Source: an uncultured bacterium
GTDB lineage: Bacteria > Krumholzibacteriota > Krumholzibacteriia > LZORAL124-64-63
Direction of reading: 5' to 3'
Length of the DNA: 64,000 nt
Assembly (NCBI GenBank): GCA_903859215.1
Contig: CAIOLW010000059.1
Location: 937-64,936, forward strand
Shown here: positions 58,759 through 64,000 of the stretch, in pieces
How the letters are laid out: every line of letters begins with the position of its first letter
How positions within the stretch are numbered: position 1 is the first letter of the stretch
Position numbers and translations under genes: made by a program
The notes under the pieces: model-generated
The model's input: the letters and a program-made list of their open reading frames with translations, nothing else
Told to the model about the DNA's origin: nothing
The model's database searches: none

Positions 58759-58814
58759 GCGCCGCGTCCGTCGATCCCCCAGTGCCCGGCCCGCGGGCCG
58801 GTTAAGGAGAGTCC

Positions 58815-59675
58815 ATGTCCGGCATCATCGAACTGACGCTCGGCCACAGCCCCGACCCGGACGATGCCTTCATGTTCTACGGGCTGGCCCGCGACAAGCT
58901 CGAGACGGGGCCGTACCGCTTCAAGCACGTGCTGCAGGACATCCAGACGCTGAACGAGCGCGCCACGCGCGGCGAACTGGACATCACCGCCATCAGCATC
59001 CACGCCTACGCCTACGTGCTGGACAAGTACGCGCTGCTGCCGGCGGGCGCGAGCATGGGCTTCGGCTACGGGCCGATGGTGGTCGCGAAGCAGGCCATCG
59101 CGCCGGCCGACCTGGCGGGCATGACCATCGCCATCCCGGGGAAAATGACCTCGGCGTGGCTGGAACTGCAGCTGGCTGTCGACCAACTGGGCGGCGGCAA
59201 GGTCAATCCGGTGGTCGTGCCCTTCGACGAGATCATCGAGCGGGTCGTCTCGGGCGAGTTCCCCGCCGGCCTGATCATCCACGAAGGCCAGCTCACCTAC
59301 CAGGAAGCCGGCCTGGCCGAGTGCCTGAACCTGGGCAAGTGGTGGTGGGAAACGACCGGCCGCACGGACTGGCCGCTGCCTTTGGGCGGCAACGCCATCC
59401 ACAAGAAGCACGGCGCGGCGATGAAGGACATCAGCGACATCCTGACCGCGTCGATCCGCTACAGCCTGGACAACCGGGCCGCGGCGCTGGACTACGCGCT
59501 GGGCTGGGCGCGCGACATGGGTGTCGAGCTGGCGGACGAGTTCGTCGGGATGTACGTCAACGACTGGACGCTGGACTACGGCGACCGCGGCCGGGCCGCG
59601 ATCACCGAGCTGCTGCGGCGCGGCCACGCCGCGGGGCTCATCCCGAAGGTGGACCAGCTGGAGTTCGTGGGCTGA
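58815..59675 (+). CDS. MqnA/MqnD-family (PF02621, futalosine-pathway menaquinone biosynthesis) protein
   Basis: LGHSPDPDDAFMFYGL N-terminus. Periplasmic-binding-protein-like fold. SD TAAGGAG. Confidence 0.8.
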   Translation: MSGIIELTLGHSPDPDDAFMFYGLARDKLETGPYRFKHVLQDIQTLNERATRGELDITAISIHAYAYVLDKYALLPAGASMGFGYGPMVVAKQAIAPADLAGMTIAIPGKMTSAWLELQLAVDQLGGGKVNPVVVPFDEIIERVVSGEFPAGLIIHEGQLTYQEAGLAECLNLGKWWWETTGRTDWPLPLGGNAIHKKHGAAMKDISDILTASIRYSLDNRAAALDYALGWARDMGVELADEFVGMYVNDWTLDYGDRGRAAITELLRRGHAAGLIPKVDQLEFVG

Positions 59676-59711
59676 CCCGGGCCATGGGCCATTGGACATG
59701 GGACATGGGAA

Positions 59712-59737
59712 AAGGGGCGGCCACCGGGCCGCCCCTT
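59712..59737. terminator. Hairpin between convergent genes
   Basis: AAGGGGCGGCC, loop ACCG, GGCCGCCCCTT (11 bp). Followed by CGCGTTCTTC. Confidence 0.55.
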
Positions 59738-59765
59738 CGCGTTCTTCGGGGACCGGGCAGGCCGG

Positions 59766-60290
59766 TCAGGCGCTCGCGGCGTCGGCAAAGCCGCCGGCCG
59801 CCTCGGATCGCTGCCGGTACTGGCGGGCGATGAAGCCCTGGACGATGCCCATGGCCAGGTACCGGGCGCGCAGGCGCTCGGGCAGGTGCCGGAAGTCCCG
59901 GACGACGCCGCGGCACTCGTGGTGCCCGCAGCGGCACTCGAGCGTCCAGATGCCGTCATCCATCGTGGTCGAGTAGTCGAAGGTCACCTGCTCGCCGGGC
60001 TGGATGTCCGCAATCGCGACCAGGAGCCGGTTCTCGACCAGGCCGGCGTTGGGCGCGCACGAGTGGTTGACGAGCACCGCCGGACTGTCGGGCAGGATGT
60101 ACGTCCGCGCGCCCGTCTGCAGCAGCATGGCGGCCCGCTCGGTGTGGTGGATGGGGTCCTCGCGCTCGAAGCGCGGCCCCCGGTAGCGCAGGATGGATTC
60201 ACCCTTGCGGATGGCCCGGGCGGCAAACACGCCCCGCCCGAACTCGCAGTCCGCGATGTAGATGCTGTCGGCCACCCGGTGGACCTCCAT
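59766..60290 (-). CDS. SET-domain protein-lysine methyltransferase
   Basis: GRGVFAARAIRKGESI, VNHSCAPN, FDYS, post-SET CRCGHHEC. ATG 60290; an alternative GTG 60356 would add 22 aa. Confidence 0.8.
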   Translation of the reverse strand: MEVHRVADSIYIADCEFGRGVFAARAIRKGESILRYRGPRFEREDPIHHTERAAMLLQTGARTYILPDSPAVLVNHSCAPNAGLVENRLLVAIADIQPGEQVTFDYSTTMDDGIWTLECRCGHHECRGVVRDFRHLPERLRARYLAMGIVQGFIARQYRQRSEAAGGFADAASA

Positions 60291-60357
60291 CGCCGCCTGG
60301 GACCCCGCCCGAACCTCCGGAACGCCCTTTCCCCGGGGCGCCGCCGCCTCCTCCACC

Positions 60358-60386
60358 CGGATTTGGCGTCAGGTACGGATTTGGCG
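60358..60386. repeat. 11-bp direct repeat in the SET leader/promoter-proximal region
   Basis: CGGATTTGGCG at 60358-60368 and again at 60376-60386 (18-bp phasing). Confidence 0.7.
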
Positions 60387-60390
60387 CGAG

Positions 60391-60420
60391 AACATAGACC
60401 AAGGCCCCCGGCAGGTGCAA
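60391..60420 (-). promoter_or_regulatory. Candidate sigma70 promoter of the SET gene
   Basis: Minus strand reads TTGCAC (60420-60415), 18 nt, TATGTT (60396-60391). Confidence 0.35.
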
Positions 60421-60463
60421 CACGGACCTTTTCCGGGGAGGTAAAAAATCCGCCGATACCCTC

Positions 60464-60493
60464 TTGACACCGCCTTTCCACTCCCTCTACCTT
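60464..60493 (+). promoter_or_regulatory. Candidate sigma70 promoter of the acidic-tail protein gene
   Basis: TTGACA (60464-60469), 18 nt, TACCTT (60488-60493). Confidence 0.4.
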
Positions 60494-60590
60494 TTGCCCG
60501 CTCCTCATCCGGGCGGGCGTTTCCCGTGACGCCGGCTTTACCCGGTTGTGTTTCCCGGTCCGACCAGCCCGGCCTTAGGAGGTCCGAGCG

Positions 60591-60890
60591 ATGTTGGTGA
60601 CGCAGAGCTTGCGCGGCGATGGCAAGGGCGAATCGAAGCCCCGCAACAAGCGTAAGTACGACGAGGGTTCCCGCGAGAAGCACCGCCGTGACGACCTCGG
60701 CGGTCGCCCGGGCCAGAAACTGCCCAAGCGCGCCCACGGTGGCGATGACGACGACCCGGACGACGCCGAACTCGAGGACGACGACGACTTCGACGACGAC
60801 GACGACTTTGATATGGATGAGGACGACTTCGACATCGACGAAGACGATGACTTCGAAGCCGGAGACGATTGGGACAAGGACGACGAGTAG
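60591..60890 (+). CDS. Small protein with basic N-terminal half and poly-Asp/Glu C-terminal tail (99 aa), unknown function
   Basis: AGGAGG 8 nt upstream of ATG 60591. GC-rich third positions match the genome bias. Product is MLVTQSLRGDGKGESKPRNKRKYDEGSREKHRR...GGDDDDPDDAELEDDDDFDDDDDFDMDEDDFDIDEDDDFEAGDDWDKDDE. Confidence 0.7.
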   Translation: MLVTQSLRGDGKGESKPRNKRKYDEGSREKHRRDDLGGRPGQKLPKRAHGGDDDDPDDAELEDDDDFDDDDDFDMDEDDFDIDEDDDFEAGDDWDKDDE

Positions 60891-60952
60891 GACAAGGCGA
60901 CGAGTAGCCCCCTCCACAGATCCGCGTTTCCACGCCGAAAGTTGGTTTGCCC

Positions 60953-61852
60953 ATGACCCGGGATCTTCACGAAGATCCCGGGGCTTTCGGCGGTTTGCCG
61001 GAAGCCCCGGACTACGCATCGGCGCGCTTTGCCGTGCTGCCCATCCCCTACGACGGGACGTCGACCTGGCAGAAGGGCGCCGACAAGGGCCCCGAGGCCC
61101 TGCTCCACGCCTCGGCGAACATGGAGCTCTACGACATCGAGACCGACTCGGAGCCCTGGCGCGCCGGGATCGTGACGATGGCCCCCCAGCGCGGGTTCGA
61201 CTCGCCCGAGGCCATGGTCGCCTCGGTACGGGCCGAGGCTGACGCCCTGCTGGCGGACGGCCGCACCATCGTCGGGCTCGGCGGCGAGCACTCGGTGTCG
61301 ATCGGCCTGATCCAGGCCCACGCGGCGAAGTACCCGGGGCTGACGGTGCTGCAGTTCGACGCCCACGGCGACAGCCGGGACGAGTACGAGCACTCCAAGT
61401 GCAACCACGCCTGCGTCATGGCGCGGGCGGCCGAATGCGCCGATTATGTGGCCGTCGGCATCCGGAGCATGGACGTCGAGGAGAAGGCCCGGCTGGTGCC
61501 CGGCCGGACCATCTTCGCGCACGAGATCGAGGACATCGACACGACGGCCCGTCGCATCCTCGACCGCATCACCGGGCCCGTCTACATCACTATCGACCTG
61601 GATGTGCTCGACCCGTCGGAAATGCCGTCGACGGGCACGCCGGAGCCGGGCGGGCTGACCTACCGTCAACTCAAGGGGCTGCTCAGGGCCGTGTGCCGTG
61701 AGCGGCAGGTGGTCGGGTTCGACGTCGTGGAACTGATGCCGCGCGTGGAGAACCGGGCCCCCGATTTCCTGGCCGCGAGGCTGACCTACCAGCTGATGGC
61801 CTTCGTCCTGTCCTTCGACCATTCGGCCCTCGGCAAAGGAGAGTCCCGGTGA
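60953..61852 (+). CDS. speB: Agmatinase (arginase/ureohydrolase family)
   Basis: Mn-site motifs GGEHSVS, FDAHGDSRD, ITIDLDVLDPSEMPSTGTPEPGGLT. ATG 60953 (the track start TTG 60947 is 2 codons earlier). Confidence 0.9.
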   Translation: MTRDLHEDPGAFGGLPEAPDYASARFAVLPIPYDGTSTWQKGADKGPEALLHASANMELYDIETDSEPWRAGIVTMAPQRGFDSPEAMVASVRAEADALLADGRTIVGLGGEHSVSIGLIQAHAAKYPGLTVLQFDAHGDSRDEYEHSKCNHACVMARAAECADYVAVGIRSMDVEEKARLVPGRTIFAHEIEDIDTTARRILDRITGPVYITIDLDVLDPSEMPSTGTPEPGGLTYRQLKGLLRAVCRERQVVGFDVVELMPRVENRAPDFLAARLTYQLMAFVLSFDHSALGKGESR

Positions 61853-62886
61853 ACAAGAAAGAGATCCTGTCCGACGTCCTCAAGCACGTCGACGTCAAGA
61901 GCTTCGACGCCCGGCCGCTGATCGCGGCCTACGGCGACATGGCCTTCCAGGCCCGCAACCTGTCGCGCGCGACCGGCATCCTCAACCAGATGCTGGCCGA
62001 CCGCGAGTGCAGCGTCATCCTGACGCTGGCCGGCTCTCTGTGCAGCGCCGGCCTGAAGGACGCGCTGGCCCTGATGGTCGAGAACAACATGGTCGACGCC
62101 ATCGTCTCGACCGGCGCCAACATCGTCGACCAGGACTTCTTCGAGGGCATGGGCTTCCGCCACTACAAGGGCGCCCCCCACGCCGTCGACGACCAGAAGC
62201 TGCGCGAGCTGGGCATCGACCGCATCTACGACACGTACATCGACGAGGACGAACTGCGTGAATGCGACATGGCGATCGCCGAGATCGCCGGCACGCTTGC
62301 GCCCCGCGCCTACTCGTCGCGCGAGTTCATCCACGCCATGGGCGCCTGGCTGGACAAGCGCGGCCTGGGCTGCGAGCACTCGATCGTGCACGCGGCGTAC
62401 AAGAAGGACGTGCCCATCTTCTGCCCCGCGTTCAGCGACTGCTCGGCGGGCTTCGGCCTGGTGCACCACCAGTGGCACAACGAGAAGTACCTGACCATCG
62501 ACTCGGTGGCGGACTTCCGCGAGCTGACGCGCATCAAGATCGAAGCGGGCGAGACGGGCATCTTCATGATCGGCGGCGGCGTGCCGAAGAACTTCACCCA
62601 GGACGTGGTGGTGGCCACCGACATCCTGGGCGAGGAGAAGCCCATGCACAAGTACGCGCTGCAGATCACCGTGGCCGACGAGCGCGACGGCGCCCTGTCG
62701 GGTTCGACGCTGCAGGAGGCCTGCTCGTGGGGCAAGGTCGACACCGCCTTCGAGCAGATGGTGTGGGCCGAGGCCACGCTGGTGCTGCCGCTGATGGTCA
62801 GCGACGCCTGGCACCGCGGCCTGTGGAAGGAACGCACGGCACGGCAGTTCAACAAGCTGCTGGCCAATTCGGGCGCCACGGCCTAG
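61849..62886 (+). CDS. Deoxyhypusine synthase-like protein
   Basis: GTG 61849 in a GTGA overlap with the speB stop; SD AAGGAG. STGANIVDQD, MIGGGVPKN, and the catalytic-lysine context CSWGK are conserved. Confidence 0.9.
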   Translation: MNKKEILSDVLKHVDVKSFDARPLIAAYGDMAFQARNLSRATGILNQMLADRECSVILTLAGSLCSAGLKDALALMVENNMVDAIVSTGANIVDQDFFEGMGFRHYKGAPHAVDDQKLRELGIDRIYDTYIDEDELRECDMAIAEIAGTLAPRAYSSREFIHAMGAWLDKRGLGCEHSIVHAAYKKDVPIFCPAFSDCSAGFGLVHHQWHNEKYLTIDSVADFRELTRIKIEAGETGIFMIGGGVPKNFTQDVVVATDILGEEKPMHKYALQITVADERDGALSGSTLQEACSWGKVDTAFEQMVWAEATLVLPLMVSDAWHRGLWKERTARQFNKLLANSGATA

Positions 62887-62911
62887 CGCCGCGACCGACC
62901 GCAAGGGGATG

Positions 62912-62947
62912 GGGGCCGCGCCCGGTGCGCGGCCCCTTCCATTTCCC
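62912..62947 (+). terminator. Intrinsic terminator after the speB/DHS-like operon
   Basis: GGGGCCGCGC, loop CCGGT, GCGCGGCCCC (10 bp). Followed by TTCCATTTCCC. Confidence 0.65.
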
Positions 62948-63111
62948 GGGCGGCGCCCCCTCTCGACGCTTCCCTCCTTGCGCCCCCTGTGGCACAGTGG
63001 GTTCCGCGCCGCGGCTGTCCGGCGCCGGCGCCTGCCGCGGCGGGTTCCGGGCGCACCGGCCGACACGCCCGACCCGTGGGTGGCGCCCACTTCGCCAAAG
63101 GATTTCACCCG

Positions 63112-64000
63112 ATGCATCCGCGCACCCTAGCCGGCCTCGGCATGGCCATGCTGGCGGCCGGCATCATGTCCGCCTGGTACCTGACGCGGGACTCGCGGGC
63201 CGCCAAGCCCGCCGACGCGCACAGCGTCGCGGAGGCCCCGCCCCTGGTGCCCGGACTGCAGGTCGAACCGGCCGGCCCCCAGGACGTCGCCGTCTTCCTC
63301 GAGCAGTACAACACCCAGTACCGCCGCCTGTGGGCGGCCGCCGAAGGCGCCAAGTTCACGGCCGAGTCCGACATCACCGACGCCAACTCGACCGCGCGCG
63401 TCGAGGCCGGGCGCGCGCTGGGCGACTACGTGGGCAGCACCGAGGTTATCGACAAAGTGCGCCAGATGCGCGGCCGCCCCGACGTGACGCCCCTGCAGGA
63501 GCGGCAACTGAACGCCGCCTGGCGCCTGGCCGCCCACTACCCCGCGCCCGTCGGCGAGCGCGTGCGCTACCTGATCTCGACCGAGGCCCAGGCCACCGAC
63601 AGCCTGTACGCCACCACCTGGATGCTGAAGGTCCCGGGCCGCCCCGAGCGCGCCGTGACGCCCAACGGGCTGGACGAGATGGTCGCCGGCAGCCGGGACC
63701 TGAAGCTGCGGCAGGCCGCCTGGGAGTGCAGCAAGGACGTGGGCCCGCGCCTGCGCGACCTGCTGGTCGACCTGCAGGGCCTGCGCAACGGCGTCGCGCG
63801 CGAGATGGGCTTCTCGTCGTACTTCGGGCTCGAGACCGACAACTACGGCATGAGCGCGGACGAGATGATGACGTTGATGGACGACCTGGTCGTGGGCATC
63901 ATGCCGCTGTACCAGCAACTGCACTGCTGGACGCGCTACGAGCTGGCCCGCCGCTACAACCAGCCGGTGCCCGACCGCATCCCCGCGCACTGGCTGGACA
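63112..64000 (+). CDS. M2-family (angiotensin-converting-enzyme-like) peptidyl-dipeptidase, 5' part (runs off window)
   Basis: Not in the ORF track because there is no stop before the edge. ATG 63112 with AAGGA SD. Translation by eye gives MHPRTLAGLGMAMLAAGIMSAWYL..FLEQYNTQYRRLWAAAEGAKFTAESDITDANS..LYQQLHCWTRYELARRYN..IPAHWL. The HExxH motif would lie beyond the window. Confidence 0.75.
   Translation, partial: MHPRTLAGLGMAMLAAGIMSAWYLTRDSRAAKPADAHSVAEAPPLVPGLQVEPAGPQDVAVFLEQYNTQYRRLWAAAEGAKFTAESDITDANSTARVEAGRALGDYVGSTEVIDKVRQMRGRPDVTPLQERQLNAAWRLAAHYPAPVGERVRYLISTEAQATDSLYATTWMLKVPGRPERAVTPNGLDEMVAGSRDLKLRQAAWECSKDVGPRLRDLLVDLQGLRNGVAREMGFSSYFGLETDNYGMSADEMMTLMDDLVVGIMPLYQQLHCWTRYELARRYNQPVPDRIPAHWLD

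Noticed and set aside
55422-58805. 1127-aa plus-strand ORF
   Set aside because: It is antisense to the GT9 and TPR genes, and out of frame with the 57661 gene. Its composition is Arg/Gly/Pro-rich junk.
59676-59711. Short repeats CCATGGGCCATTGG and GACATGG-GACATGG after the MqnA/MqnD-family gene
   Set aside because: They are only 7-bp units repeated twice, adjacent to a terminator hairpin. That is too short to distinguish from chance.
60575-61822. 415-aa minus-strand ORF with a poly-Ser/Lys stretch opposite the acidic-tail gene
   Set aside because: It is antisense to the agmatinase gene and the acidic ORF. The Ser-rich run is just the complement of the GAC/GAA repeats. No start signals are present.

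Overview
This is a high-GC (roughly 70% by eye) bacterial chromosomal window that is densely coding on both strands. I call about 53 protein genes. I found no rRNA, tRNA, IS/transposase, integrase, prophage or CRISPR signal. The gene content points to a diderm organism with strong Shine-Dalgarno usage: TolC/MFP/RND efflux, a PgaA-like barrel, LpxL-family acyltransferase, GT9 heptosyltransferase-like and O-antigen-ligase-like genes. GTG and TTG starts are frequent, and many gene junctions overlap by 4-8 nt. Most very long ORFs in the six-frame track are antisense or N-terminally over-extended artefacts of the GC content. I trimmed genes to starts supported by an SD sequence and by family-typical N-termini. 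Recognisable content:
- NatAB-like ABC exporter and an OmpR/HK two-component pair
- alaS and glnA
- a rearranged pgaDCAB-like PNAG locus
- dinB / pirin / SRAP neighbourhood
- two-subunit class I fumarase
- tolC-mfp-rnd operon
- long-form urocanase and thyX
- an 11-gene minus-strand array that includes a NamZ to MurU/AmgK-fusion MurNAc salvage module
- MqnA/MqnD-family gene
- SET-domain methyltransferase
- agmatinase / deoxyhypusine-synthase-like operon
- an ACE-like M2 peptidase running off the 3' edge, which is absent from the ORF track

The best hunt result is a gene the ORF track cannot see. It is an ArsC/Spx-fold redox protein at 44546-44893 whose first CxxC cysteine is replaced by an in-frame TGA (UxxC). 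It has a strong SD and a SECIS-like hairpin downstream, so it is a candidate selenoprotein. Second is a strongly signalled 99-aa protein with a basic head and a poly-Asp/Glu tail. It sits directly upstream of the agmatinase/DHS-like pair and divergent from the SET gene.

All family assignments come from motif recognition by eye. No searches or folding programs were run.
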